Origin: Patescibacteria group bacterium
GTDB lineage: Bacteria; Patescibacteriota; Microgenomatia; UBA8517
Length of the DNA stretch: 64,000 nt
Assembly (NCBI GenBank): GCA_036381415.1
Contig: DASVCV010000001.1
Span: 69,053 to 133,052 of the forward strand
Direction: 5' to 3'
The notes beneath the pieces are model-generated. The model worked only from the letters and a program-made list of their open reading frames with translations. It was not told where the DNA came from and did not search any database. The position numbers and the translations under genes are program-made. Positions 27,800-38,106 of the stretch are shown piece after piece. Each line of letters starts with the position of its first letter. The stretch's first letter is position 1.

Positions 27800-28462
27800 T
27801 TATTTACTTAAAAAGGTTTCTACAAAGAGTGATCTATGCAGATTTGTTGTGCCAAACTCTTTAATGGCATTTTGGTGTTCTCTTGTCCCATATCCTTTAT
27901 TTCTCCCCCATCCATAATTTTGGTATTTGGGGTTTTTAGAAAGAGTGAGCATTATTTTGTCTCTATGCACCTTGGCAATGATTGAGGAAGCTGCAATAGA
28001 AATTGATTTTGCATCTCCTTTAATTAAAGGCATCTGGTTTTTACGTTTTAATCCTTTGATATATGGAAGATAGAAAGCATCTATTAAAAGATAATCAATT
28101 GGAGAGTTAATCTTTTTGTTTGCACTAATAATTGCTTTCCTAAAAGCCATGTAAGTGGAAGGAACTATTCCAAGTTTATTAATAACAGAAACTGAAGCTT
28201 CACCTATTCCCCAAGTTAGACAATTCTTTTTAATCCAAATAGATGCTTTTTCTCTTTGGTTTGGTTTTAATTTTTTAGAATCATTAATGAGAATATCAGA
28301 CGGAATAATTAAATCCTTTTGAAAAACTACACAGGAAGATACAACTGGACCTGCAAAGCAACCCCTGCCTACTTCATCACAACCTGCAACCACTCTGTAT
28401 CCTTTTTTCCAAAGAGATTTTTCATATTTAAAATCAGGAAGAACCATTAGGATATTGTACAC
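27800..28462 (-). CDS. rnhB: ribonuclease HII
   Basis: VAGCDEVGRGCFAGPVV active-site motif. Confidence 0.85.
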   Translation of the reverse strand: MYNILMVLPDFKYEKSLWKKGYRVVAGCDEVGRGCFAGPVVSSCVVFQKDLIIPSDILINDSKKLKPNQREKASIWIKKNCLTWGIGEASVSVINKLGIVPSTYMAFRKAIISANKKINSPIDYLLIDAFYLPYIKGLKRKNQMPLIKGDAKSISIAASSIIAKVHRDKIMLTLSKNPKYQNYGWGRNKGYGTREHQNAIKEFGTTNLHRSLFVETFLSK

Positions 28463-28523
28463 CTGTGAACCTTAATATCTGTGTCATCTTTTTATAAATT
28501 CTTATATTATTAATGCGAATAAT

Positions 28524-29435
28524 CTATGGTGTTGGGGTTGATAATTGATTTATTGCTTCATCAAAGAAGTCTACGATTATATTTGGTGGTATTACTACTC
28601 CAAGGTTTTGATAGTTACCCATTAAAACTGCAGATGGAATACCAACAATACACCCATTTTGATTTACTGCCAAACCTCCTGAGTTGCCACTGTCTATTTT
28701 AGCTGAAGTTAATATGTTGCCATCACTAGCAAAACTACTTATGACTCCTTCAGTGATTGTTAAGTTATAACCCCCACTTGTTACAGGATAGCCATATATT
28801 TTGATAGAGTCACCTAATTTTGGGAGTTCATCCGTGCAAATTTCTGGCTTTTTGAATGCCGGAAAAGTTCTTGGATAAGTTCCCCAAACTTTACCATCTG
28901 AATCAGTGTAGGCATCGTATATATTTAATAGAGCTATGTCGTATTGCTCACTTAATTGTGGAACTATTTCAGGTTTCGCTAGATAAATTCCTGTTGGAGT
29001 TCCAGTTGTTGTGTCTGCTAATGTCACTAAACAGAAGGAAGAACCAGTAATAACATGATTATTTGTCACAATTGTACCACTCTCACTAAATATAGTTCCT
29101 GAGCCTCCTCCTTCATTGTCACAAAAAATATTTACAACAGAGGCTATGTTGTCTTTTTGAGCACTATCTGAACTTGGTGTAGGAGTTGAAGTTGAAGTTT
29201 GATTGGTAGCAATAGTTTCTGTATTGGTTGGAGATGTCGACTGTGTGTCCCCTCCTGATATTCTCATTATAAATAAAAGTGCCAATACCGCTAAAACCGC
29301 AACTACTCGCCCATACTTGTTACGCCACAAGCTTAACCTGGTTTGTATGCTATTTATTACTGGGGCTTTGTATCCACAATTATTACAGAAGATGGCTTCC
29401 GATTTAATTCGTTGCCCGCAATTTTTGCAATACAT
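28524..29435 (-). CDS. membrane-anchored trypsin-like serine protease with N-terminal zinc ribbon
   Basis: N-terminal CKNCG..CNNCG ribbon, one TM helix, a low-complexity T/S linker, and a chymotrypsin-fold domain with GNSGG around the catalytic serine. Confidence 0.55.
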   Translation of the reverse strand: MYCKNCGQRIKSEAIFCNNCGYKAPVINSIQTRLSLWRNKYGRVVAVLAVLALLFIMRISGGDTQSTSPTNTETIATNQTSTSTPTPSSDSAQKDNIASVVNIFCDNEGGGSGTIFSESGTIVTNNHVITGSSFCLVTLADTTTGTPTGIYLAKPEIVPQLSEQYDIALLNIYDAYTDSDGKVWGTYPRTFPAFKKPEICTDELPKLGDSIKIYGYPVTSGGYNLTITEGVISSFASDGNILTSAKIDSGNSGGLAVNQNGCIVGIPSAVLMGNYQNLGVVIPPNIIVDFFDEAINQLSTPTP

Positions 29436-29438
29436 CTT

Positions 29439-29963
29439 TTAAATAGTTGCAGGTAGTTTGTTGCCACACTTAATACAGTATTTTGAATCTGAATCTATCT
29501 GCTTGCCGCAATGAGAGCAGTATATTTTATTATTTATACTTAAGTGGTGTACGCGCATATTTTCAACTTTGTAGGCAACATAATAGGCGTGCATATATAT
29601 TGCCCACCACAAAATGGCTAATATTCCACCGTTTCCATCAATAAGACTAATTAATTTTTCTAAAGTCCAAACAACCATTGCTGCAACCATTGCCCAACGA
29701 TGCCCTTTAAAAATAAAGAAGCCCAAGATTAGAAGAATGAAGACATCGAGTAAATTCCATGCATCCGTCGATCCTACTAAAATAAATAATAAAGTAATAG
29801 TAGCGCTAAATATATTTAGGAGAAAACTTTGCCCTTTTGCTGATTGTGTAATCTTAAGTGTTTCATACTCTCTTGTTTGCTTGTTCAGTTCATCTTTCCC
29901 GACCTGCCACCACAACAACCATTCAAGTATGCTCTTTCCTTTTTTATTATTTATCTCGGACAC
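29439..29963 (-). CDS. membrane protein with C-terminal zinc ribbon
   Basis: Four predicted TM helices and a C-terminal CSHCGK..CIKCGN ribbon. It sits 3 nt upstream of the protease gene. Confidence 0.4.
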   Translation of the reverse strand: MSEINNKKGKSILEWLLWWQVGKDELNKQTREYETLKITQSAKGQSFLLNIFSATITLLFILVGSTDAWNLLDVFILLILGFFIFKGHRWAMVAAMVVWTLEKLISLIDGNGGILAILWWAIYMHAYYVAYKVENMRVHHLSINNKIYCSHCGKQIDSDSKYCIKCGNKLPATI

Positions 29964-30296
29964 AATGTACCTCTATAGTTAGATTATAGTACAAAGTTTG
30001 TAAAATAGTCAGTAGCGATGGAGCTGCCAAAGGTTTATGATTAGCTTACATGAAAGAATTCTTTAAAAAACCATTAAACTTTATTATTTTGATTACCTGT
30101 TTGGTGATTATTACTTATTTTGGAATTAAGATTTACAAAGAAATAATACCTTTAAGTCATAAAGAACAACAAATGCAATGCCTTAAACTAGGTAGCGACT
30201 CCAGAGCCGCAGCCTGTTTAAAACTGCTTGATAAACAGTGAGTTAGGGGATGGGTGCCATTAAATTTTCTCAAAAGGGGGTGTATAATTTAGATAT

Positions 30297-30833
30297 ATGA
30301 AGGGAAAGGGTGGAATTATTGGAGCGATAATTACCCTAGCTATAGGTGGCACGGTCTTCACTGTAAGCAAAACAGATATAGTTAAAAATTTTTCAAAAGA
30401 TACAGGCTTATCACAAGAAGAATCTCAACAATATGTTGAAGGTATAACTGAGGATGACCTTGTTTCTTATGATAAATTAGGGTCAGAATTTATTTCCGAT
30501 GGTCAAAAAATTCTAAGTATTGCCTATGATATAAACTGTGTTGACTACTCGTATAAGTGGGAAACAAACACATTATCTTGCGAAGAAGGAAAATCCCAAC
30601 TTATTAAGCTTGGAAATGATGAAAAATCATTGGGAAATGCATACACAATTCTAGCTTCTAAATCGGCCTCTAGGGAGGATATGTCTTCAACAATTAGTTT
30701 TATCGATAAGCTCAACATAGATTTTCGTTCCGAAGTAGTTACGTCTACATTAGATTCTAAGACAATAGATGAAGTTAGAAAAACAAACTCATATAATAAA
30801 GCACTCCTTCAGTCCGCATTGGAAAGCAAATAG
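30297..30833 (+). CDS. hypothetical membrane-anchored protein
   Basis: N-terminal hydrophobic anchor; no recognisable motifs. Confidence 0.3.
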   Translation: MKGKGGIIGAIITLAIGGTVFTVSKTDIVKNFSKDTGLSQEESQQYVEGITEDDLVSYDKLGSEFISDGQKILSIAYDINCVDYSYKWETNTLSCEEGKSQLIKLGNDEKSLGNAYTILASKSASREDMSSTISFIDKLNIDFRSEVVTSTLDSKTIDEVRKTNSYNKALLQSALESK

Positions 30834-30903
30834 TTTTTCCATTTACCGGAAAGGAATAAAGGGTGAGTTAACGTAAGGGACAGATTTATTACTAGTCAAT
30901 AAA

Positions 30904-31407
30904 TTATTTGTCCTGTCTTTTGTTTGAAGTTATAGCAGCTTTAAACATTGCTTCTCCTATTTCCCCCCACTTAACATGCTTTGTAACTTGATTTGACGGC
31001 ACAAACTTCCTTTCCCAATTTTTACCGTTATCTGGATCTGGAGTTTGGGGTAAAAGTTCATCTACTAAGCAAACACATCTTACCTGGTAGTAATATTTTT
31101 CAGGCGCATCTTTTGGATTTACTTTTTGCACACCTACTACCTTTATGTTTTTTACCTTTATATCTGCTTCTTCAATCATTTCTCTTTTTAGGGTTTCTTC
31201 TATTGTTTCATCTTTTTCTGGGTGTCCACCTGGAATAATCCATTCTCCCATCCCTTCTTTTCTTGCTATTAAAATTTCATTTTTGTCATTAAAGCAAACA
31301 CCATAAACTTGGGTAATTGGAGACAGCCCTTTGACAGAATTTGTTTTTATCCATTCAATTACAAATTTTTCACCTTCCCAGTTAGCTTTTTGAGTTGGAC
31401 GTTTCAT
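30904..31407 (-). CDS. NUDIX hydrolase
   Basis: Nudix box GGHPEKDETIEETLKREMIEEADI. Confidence 0.7.
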   Translation of the reverse strand: MKRPTQKANWEGEKFVIEWIKTNSVKGLSPITQVYGVCFNDKNEILIARKEGMGEWIIPGGHPEKDETIEETLKREMIEEADIKVKNIKVVGVQKVNPKDAPEKYYYQVRCVCLVDELLPQTPDPDNGKNWERKFVPSNQVTKHVKWGEIGEAMFKAAITSNKRQDK

Positions 31408-32131
31408 TTTTGTTTAATGTGGTATCAGGACTATAAACTGATTTCTCAAGTTTGTTAAAAACAACTACATTATCAGGTCCAACTGTTTTTATTTCTGAAT
31501 CATTTACATAAATAGCGCTTTCCTCACTTAAAGCAATTATCTTAATATTTTTATTGTCTATGTATTTTTTAATTTTTTCATCATCATCTGGTGTATAGTG
31601 ACACCAGAGTTGAAAGCCGTTTAAGAGATCAAACCCAGATGTATCTTTTAACCCTACTTCATTGACATCTCCAAACACACCTGCTGGGTCTATACTCTTA
31701 CTAAATATGATTGCACCTGCACTTCCTCCATATATCACTCCCCCTTTTTCAATATAATTTTTTAATAGTTCATAAAAACCTGTCTTTCTAAATTCATTTA
31801 ATAGTTTATACGTGTTTCCCCCTCCAATATAAATTGCGCTAAATTTTTTCAAATCATCAAGTTTTTTGTTATTTAGATCAGTCCACATGGTTATTTTGTT
31901 TACTCCAAAGGGAGCTAATTCGCTTTTAATCCAAGCAAGGCACTCAGGGTACGGATGCTTGTCAGCATTTATTGCAATAGGAATATAAAGAATCTCAGGA
32001 TCTTTAGGAAGAAGACTAACAAAAAGCTCTTTTGAATCTTTAGAATCTCCTCCACCTGAAAGAATTAGCTGTTTCATTATTTGTAAGTATAGCACTATAA
32101 TATATTTCACTAATTTACTCGGAGGAAACAA
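31382..32131 (-). CDS. peptidase S51 (dipeptidase E / cyanophycinase-like) family
   Basis: LILSGGGDS N-terminus and the GGSAGAIIFS nucleophile-elbow motif. Confidence 0.55.
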   Translation of the reverse strand: MFPPSKLVKYIIVLYLQIMKQLILSGGGDSKDSKELFVSLLPKDPEILYIPIAINADKHPYPECLAWIKSELAPFGVNKITMWTDLNNKKLDDLKKFSAIYIGGGNTYKLLNEFRKTGFYELLKNYIEKGGVIYGGSAGAIIFSKSIDPAGVFGDVNEVGLKDTSGFDLLNGFQLWCHYTPDDDEKIKKYIDNKNIKIIALSEESAIYVNDSEIKTVGPDNVVVFNKLEKSVYSPDTTLNKNETSNSKS

Positions 32132-32883
32132 TGAAAGCTAAAATATCTGAACCATTTTTAACTGCCTACAATAAAGTTAAAAATCTTCAAAAGTGTGACA
32201 GATACTTAGGGGCATTTATTTTTGGTTCTGTTGTTCGTGGAGAACAAGATAAAAATAGTGATTTAGACGTTATTGTTCTTGTTAACCAGGATAATGACTG
32301 TAAGGAAATAAACCATCCAATTATAAACGGTATTAAGCTAGATATTACATTCCGTTCACTTAAACAGATTAAAGAAGATAATGAAAATACTGCTAAGAAA
32401 GGTGAGAGAATCCCTATTATTTCTGAATCAATAATTGTATTTGATAAAAAGGGAGATTTAAATAAACTTAAAAATGCGTTTAAAAAAGCAAAGCCAAAAA
32501 AGGTAATGAAGAAAGATTTTCAGTTTATTCATTTCATGCTTTATCATTCTGATAATAAAGCAAAAAGAAATCTCGAAGATGATAAACCAAGTGCTCTTCT
32601 TGCAATGAGTATCAATTTAAATGACATATTAAAGTTTCACTATCAGATTAATGGAAAATGGTGGGTCAGCAACAAAAGATTACTTCCAGATTTAGGAGAT
32701 TGGGATCCTAAGCTTGCAAAACTTGTTGAAAAATTTGTTTCAACATCTGTGGTTTCTAAGAAGTATATACTTTGGAGCAAAATATTAGATCATGTTGCAA
32801 AACCAATTGGAGGAAGAAAAGAAATATCTGAAATAAACTGCAGCTGTAAAGTTTGCAAGAAGGATTTGGCTAACCTTATCTAA
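32131..32883 (+). CDS. nucleotidyltransferase-domain protein (ANT/KNTase-like)
   Basis: Minimal NTase motif GSVVRGEQDKNSDLDVIVLV (GS...DxD). Confidence 0.55.
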   Translation: MKAKISEPFLTAYNKVKNLQKCDRYLGAFIFGSVVRGEQDKNSDLDVIVLVNQDNDCKEINHPIINGIKLDITFRSLKQIKEDNENTAKKGERIPIISESIIVFDKKGDLNKLKNAFKKAKPKKVMKKDFQFIHFMLYHSDNKAKRNLEDDKPSALLAMSINLNDILKFHYQINGKWWVSNKRLLPDLGDWDPKLAKLVEKFVSTSVVSKKYILWSKILDHVAKPIGGRKEISEINCSCKVCKKDLANLI

Positions 32884-33520
32884 TGTGCAGGTGATCATTC
32901 AGATATCTTAATTCCCAATGCTTTCTGTCTGGAACATATTCCAGTAAGGTAATGCTAGTATTTGCAACTGATATGCTTCTAAAGATTTGAGAAAAAACTT
33001 TATCATCATAATCTTCTCCTAATAAGGCAAGAATTACAAAGCATCTTATAAATAATCCATGAGTAACTACTAGGATATTTTGATTATTGTGGTGGCTAAT
33101 TAAATGATCTTTAAAAGAAGCTGCTCTTTTTATCACGTCTCTTATAGATTCCCCTTTTCCTTCAAACTTCCAATCCAAGTCTGAACCAAATTTTTCAACT
33201 TCTTCAATATACTTTTTTTGAATATCACTATTCATATTTGCTCCATATAAAGAAGGGTTTTGCTCTTTTTCGTGAATACCCTCGAATGTTTCTAGTTCTT
33301 TACCTATTTTTTTAGAAACTATTTGAGCAGTTTTCCTTGCTCTATCCCATTTACTAGAAAGTACGACATCTATTTTTTCTTTTCCCATCCTTTGAGCTAA
33401 AGCATTTGCTTGTTTAATTCCTTCCAGGCCCAAGGGTGAGTCAGGAGATTGTCTTTTGTCTCCTTCATGATCAGCGCTTTTCCCGTGCCTTACTAAATAA
33501 ACTTCCATGTTTTCTATCAT
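32876..33520 (-). CDS. histidine phosphatase (phosphoglycerate-mutase-like) family
   Basis: RHG catalytic motif (YLVRHGKS). A paralog lies at 44807..45460. Confidence 0.7.
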   Translation of the reverse strand: MIENMEVYLVRHGKSADHEGDKRQSPDSPLGLEGIKQANALAQRMGKEKIDVVLSSKWDRARKTAQIVSKKIGKELETFEGIHEKEQNPSLYGANMNSDIQKKYIEEVEKFGSDLDWKFEGKGESIRDVIKRAASFKDHLISHHNNQNILVVTHGLFIRCFVILALLGEDYDDKVFSQIFRSISVANTSITLLEYVPDRKHWELRYLNDHLHIR

Positions 33521-33559
33521 GGCTTGATTATATAACAGTTAAGGCAGGATAATACAGGT

Positions 33560-33964
33560 ATGGCAAGAACAGGAATTCGAGCATCTGCAATTATTATTAA
33601 AGGCGGCAAAATATTACTTATTCATAGAAAAAAAGATGGAGAAGAATATTGGGTTTTCCCTGGTGGTGGAATTGAAGACAATGAAACCTGGGATGAAGCA
33701 TTAATTAGAGAAGTCAAAGAAGAAACCGCGTTGGATGTTAAAAAACATAAATTATCCTTCATGAATCTTAGTGACATTGACAACAAAGAACATCCTTTTT
33801 ATATATGTGAAGTATCTGAAGGAGAAGCAAAGATGATTGGAGAGGAAACTCAAAGGAATTCACCTGATAATTGGTATCAACTAGAGTGGGTTGAATTAAA
33901 GAATCTTTCAGAACTTCGTTTGCTTCCAGAGAATGCAAAAGAAAAAGTTATAAAGCTTAAATAA
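33560..33964 (+). CDS. NUDIX hydrolase
   Basis: Nudix box GGGIEDNETWDEALIREVKEETAL. Confidence 0.7.
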   Translation: MARTGIRASAIIIKGGKILLIHRKKDGEEYWVFPGGGIEDNETWDEALIREVKEETALDVKKHKLSFMNLSDIDNKEHPFYICEVSEGEAKMIGEETQRNSPDNWYQLEWVELKNLSELRLLPENAKEKVIKLK

Positions 33965-34478
33965 AGTGTTTTTTGTTTAGGTAAGATAGATAAGCGTTTT
34001 GGATAGCTTCTTCAAAGGCTGTCTTCCTTGAAATTAAAGCTTGAACCAAAGGCATTACATTTTTATCTCCTTTATGCTTTGATTCATATTCTCTAATCAC
34101 TTCCCCAAACTGCTCACCCTTTTTAATCCTTTCTGAAACCTCTTTGGGAAGCTGCAACTTGCCTCCAATTCCTATAGACAAATGACCATCAAAATCATAA
34201 ATAGCAGCAACACATACTAAAAAATATCCTTTGTCTGCAATTTCTTGAAGTCCACCCTCAAGACCAACTGAAAAATCTTTATTTTTAGCTTTGGTTAATG
34301 CGTTTTTAGCTCTGTTTGAAGCACCCTGGATAGTAACCTCTTCATTTAGTGGTTGGTCTGTAATCCCAGACTCTACTTCAAAACCCACTATATCGATTTC
34401 GCTCTCAACCAGAGATTTAAGAGCGTCTTTTAAAATTGAAATCTTGCTGTCGCTTGTTGAACCCAATGCTATCTTCAT
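33957..34478 (-). CDS. putative non-canonical NTP pyrophosphatase (YjjX/Ham1-like)
   Basis: KIALGSTSDSKISIL N-terminus and GLEGG central motif resemble the inosine/xanthosine triphosphatase family. This is tentative. Confidence 0.4.
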   Translation of the reverse strand: MKIALGSTSDSKISILKDALKSLVESEIDIVGFEVESGITDQPLNEEVTIQGASNRAKNALTKAKNKDFSVGLEGGLQEIADKGYFLVCVAAIYDFDGHLSIGIGGKLQLPKEVSERIKKGEQFGEVIREYESKHKGDKNVMPLVQALISRKTAFEEAIQNAYLSYLNKKHFI

Positions 34479-34617
34479 AATTTTAAACCTTACCTAATGT
34501 GCAGACGGTCATTAAAATCTTTTAACTTTCAGTGATAATTTCGTACCTTCCACCCAAAATAGGTTGAGTTTTGAAGGCGGTATGAATGTGTCTACTGATA
34601 TTGATTTACCACTCGAA

Positions 34618-35511
34618 TCATACTTTTGTATTGTTTCGATTTATAAACTTGGTAATCTCTTTTCTAGCTTCCTTTTCTCTGGTCTCAAAGCCATGAGTTG
34701 CGTTTTTAATTGCAGAAATAGTAAGTTGCTTAGATCTCGTGTTGGATTTAAACCACTCTTGTAATTTAGAAGTTGGCCTATCTCTATATTCATCTTTATC
34801 TGCAAAGATGATCAAAATTGGTATTTTTACTTTTTGCAAAATTTCTGCACTTTTATCAGTTTGAGCATAGCAAAATATCTCTTCAGGGCTATCGGGAGAA
34901 TATAAACTTAAGAATCTCTGTGCATCATGTAAGTCTGGCCATATATCAAACGGCATCATTTTATGAGGGTTATCTTTTAACATCTCTCTCGCGATTTCGT
35001 ATAGGTGTTTAATTTTTTCAGGTTCAACGGATTTTATAAAAAAGGCATAATCGCTTAGCGGACAAAGCAAGGCCACACCAGCAACACTTTTTTGTTTCCC
35101 TCGTTGGCTCAGATAATATATAGATTTTTGACACCCTGTTGAGTGACCGATCAAATAGATTTCCTTGGCACCTTTTCCCTTAGTTAAATTTATTGCTCCT
35201 TCTATATCATCTACACAATCAGTAAATATCTCATGTGCTTCTCCCATAAGAAAAGAGGTACTCCCTTTTCTTTTTCTTTTATCAATTTTCTTAATTTTAG
35301 ATATTTTGGCAGTCCCCCTATTTGAAAATGTTAATAAGGAGGTCTCTTTATTTACTAATGGAACTAGTATTTTAAGACTCGAAAATGCACTTCCATTCAA
35401 TCCATGAATGAATATAAGTGCTTTTTTGGGATTTTCAGGTCCAAACCAGAGCCCATTAAGTCTGAATTTTTTCGGGGTAATTATGTCTACTGTTTCACAT
35501 TTTTCGCCCAT
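34618..35511 (-). CDS. alpha/beta hydrolase
   Basis: Nucleophile elbow GHSTG; ~297 aa. Confidence 0.6.
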   Translation of the reverse strand: MGEKCETVDIITPKKFRLNGLWFGPENPKKALIFIHGLNGSAFSSLKILVPLVNKETSLLTFSNRGTAKISKIKKIDKRKRKGSTSFLMGEAHEIFTDCVDDIEGAINLTKGKGAKEIYLIGHSTGCQKSIYYLSQRGKQKSVAGVALLCPLSDYAFFIKSVEPEKIKHLYEIAREMLKDNPHKMMPFDIWPDLHDAQRFLSLYSPDSPEEIFCYAQTDKSAEILQKVKIPILIIFADKDEYRDRPTSKLQEWFKSNTRSKQLTISAIKNATHGFETREKEARKEITKFINRNNTKV

Positions 35512-35554
35512 AGTTTTGAACCGAACCTAGTCTGTAGTATACTACATAACTACT

Positions 35555-36124
35555 ATGAATCAAAGCAAACTCGAGTCGCTTTTTGAGCAGGTTGTTGATG
35601 AAATTGATCCTGACTCGATGAGAGCCGGGTTAAAAGAAACGCCGCGACGTGTGGTCAAGTCATTTAAAGAGCTCACGTATTATAATCGTCACAAATCTGA
35701 CCTTGACAAACACTTTGTTTTCTTTCCAACCAAGGCCAGCGATCACTTAATTATTGTTTCTAATATTTTCTTTGCTAGCCTTTGTGAACACCATTTACTT
35801 CCCTATTTTGGCCATATAAGCATCGGTTATATACCGAGTAATAAAATTTTAGGCCTTTCAAAGTTTAAAAGAGTAATAGATTTAATTACTAAACAACTTT
35901 CTGTGCAAGAAGATCTTGCCCAGCAAATCCATGAACTTTTCTGGAAAAAGCTAGAACCGAAAGCTCTTATTGTATATGTTGAGGGCAAGCACACTTGTTC
36001 TTTAGTGCGCGGAGCAAAGGACGAACAATCAACTTTTTCGGTTATAAATAAATCTGACTACTTTTCTAAACATTCAACAGAATTAGATTTATTTCTTAAA
36101 GTAATAAGCAACTCCAAAAAATAA
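35555..36124 (+). CDS. folE: GTP cyclohydrolase I
   Basis: FolE motifs ETPRRVVKSF and CEHHLLPYFG. Confidence 0.8.
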   Translation: MNQSKLESLFEQVVDEIDPDSMRAGLKETPRRVVKSFKELTYYNRHKSDLDKHFVFFPTKASDHLIIVSNIFFASLCEHHLLPYFGHISIGYIPSNKILGLSKFKRVIDLITKQLSVQEDLAQQIHELFWKKLEPKALIVYVEGKHTCSLVRGAKDEQSTFSVINKSDYFSKHSTELDLFLKVISNSKK

Positions 36125-36126
36125 AG

Positions 36127-38106
36127 ATGGAAAGACCAAGACCTGAATCAGAATTAGTTAATAATCTTAAACCCCCTTTTGATTTAAATGTCGAAGAATT
36201 ACAAGATTTAAGTGTTTATTTAAGAAGGAAAGTTTTTGAAATTTGTGTGCGTTCGGCAAGCGGACACATAGGTGGAAGCTCATCTTCGGTAGAGCTAATG
36301 ACATCACTTTATTTTGGTGGGGTTCTTAATTATGACCCTCGAAATCTACACCACCCAGACCGTGACAGAGTTTTGGTTAGAGGACACCTTGGCCCTTTGA
36401 GGTATCCGATACTTTCCTTGCTTGGAGAAGTTGAAGATGAAGAACTTACCACTTATAGAGAATTGGGGTCGAGACTGCAAGGACATGAAGAGCATCAACG
36501 ACTACCTGGTGTTGATTTAACGCCAAGCGGATCTCTTGGTATGCTCTTATCTTATGGTGTAGGTGCAGCTATTGCGTCGAGAGATAGCGGTAGAATTTAT
36601 AAAACTTATGTTTTCTTAGGAGATGGCGAGGAGCAGGAAGGAAACGTGAGCGAGGCTGCCCGCCATGCAGCACATCTGAATTTAGATAATCTAATTGTAA
36701 TCTTGGACAAAAATAAGAAACAGCTTTCTAATCCAACATCAGGAACTGACAACGCAGACATTATAAAGACCTGGTCCGGGTATGGATGGAATACGTTAGA
36801 AATAAAAAATGGACATGATATAAATGAAATCCTTTCTGTCTTAGAGAAAGCCAAAGAGATAAAAGGTCCAGTATTTGTCGTTGCAAATACAGTTAAAGGT
36901 TACGGACTGGAAGGAGCTGAAGAGCATTTTAGCGGTTATCACACCATAAGAACATGCCCCCCCACTATAGCCGAAGCGGCAATAACCAAACTCAACCAGG
37001 AAATTAATATAAATGAAGATAGATATGATGTTTTATTCAATAAAATAAAACAGAAAGGTAAAGACAGCATAGACGCCCGGCCTGAGAAACTATTTGAGGA
37101 AATAACTCTAGATATTCAGCCAACTACCAACACTTCCAGGAATCTGAATGCAGCTCAGGGTGAATACTTCATTAGATTGGGAGAATTATTAAAAAATAGA
37201 CCAGCAGATATGCCTCCAATTTATTTTTTTACAGCCGATGTCGTGAGACAAGACGATGTTGAAGCAGCTAGGCTTAGAGATTTTGCTCAATTTATAAACG
37301 TAGGTATAAGAGAGCAGCATATGGTTGCTATGTCTCATGGATTAAGCCTCTCTTCTCCTGAGGCAAGAATAATAATTAGTAGTTTTGATGCCTTTACTTA
37401 TCGTTCTATTGATCAGCTTAATTCTTTATCTCTTGGGGATGGTAGTGTTGTGATCATTGGTGATATTGCTGGCATAACAAATGCAAAAAATGGAGCCACT
37501 CATCAGGCTGCAAGTCAGCCTGGAGCTTTGTTGAGTATGCCAAAAGTTACGATGCTTGAACCGGCAGATGTTACAGATCTTTTTAACTGCCTAAACTGGT
37601 CAATTGGAAAAAGTCGGGGGCCAGTTTACATTAGAGTGCACAATTCGAGTGTTAAAGATCTAGAACGGATGCCTATTGAGAGTGACTCGAGAAAACTCGA
37701 TTATTATGTTGTGAAACCAGCCAGCAACAAAAAGATTGAACTTACTATTGTTGCAAGCGGTCTTACCACGGGACATTCCATAGAAGCTGCAGGGATTTTA
37801 GACAATATGGGTATTGGTGTACAGGTTATAAATGTTATAAATCAGAAATCGCTTGATAAAGAGTTCGCACAACTATTCCCTGCCAATAAGCCCGTTCTAA
37901 CCGTTTATAACGGCGAACCTCAGATTCTTCAAAATAGTGTAGCAAGAGTGATACTTGAAAATGGAGGCTCATCGTTACCCTCAAAAATAATTGGTCATGG
38001 TTTTCAAGTTGGCACTTCTGGAAGCTTAAGTGATTTAATTAAACACTACAAACTTGATGCTAAAGGTATTGTCAGCGTGGTTTTTGAAAAATTAATTCAA
38101 AGGTAG
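36127..38106 (+). CDS. tkt: transketolase-family TPP-dependent enzyme
   Basis: N-terminal SGHIGGSSSSVELMTSLY and a TPP-binding GDGEEQEGNVSEA..NLDNLIVILDKN motif. It starts 3 nt after the folE stop. Confidence 0.65.
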   Translation: MERPRPESELVNNLKPPFDLNVEELQDLSVYLRRKVFEICVRSASGHIGGSSSSVELMTSLYFGGVLNYDPRNLHHPDRDRVLVRGHLGPLRYPILSLLGEVEDEELTTYRELGSRLQGHEEHQRLPGVDLTPSGSLGMLLSYGVGAAIASRDSGRIYKTYVFLGDGEEQEGNVSEAARHAAHLNLDNLIVILDKNKKQLSNPTSGTDNADIIKTWSGYGWNTLEIKNGHDINEILSVLEKAKEIKGPVFVVANTVKGYGLEGAEEHFSGYHTIRTCPPTIAEAAITKLNQEININEDRYDVLFNKIKQKGKDSIDARPEKLFEEITLDIQPTTNTSRNLNAAQGEYFIRLGELLKNRPADMPPIYFFTADVVRQDDVEAARLRDFAQFINVGIREQHMVAMSHGLSLSSPEARIIISSFDAFTYRSIDQLNSLSLGDGSVVIIGDIAGITNAKNGATHQAASQPGALLSMPKVTMLEPADVTDLFNCLNWSIGKSRGPVYIRVHNSSVKDLERMPIESDSRKLDYYVVKPASNKKIELTIVASGLTTGHSIEAAGILDNMGIGVQVINVINQKSLDKEFAQLFPANKPVLTVYNGEPQILQNSVARVILENGGSSLPSKIIGHGFQVGTSGSLSDLIKHYKLDAKGIVSVVFEKLIQR

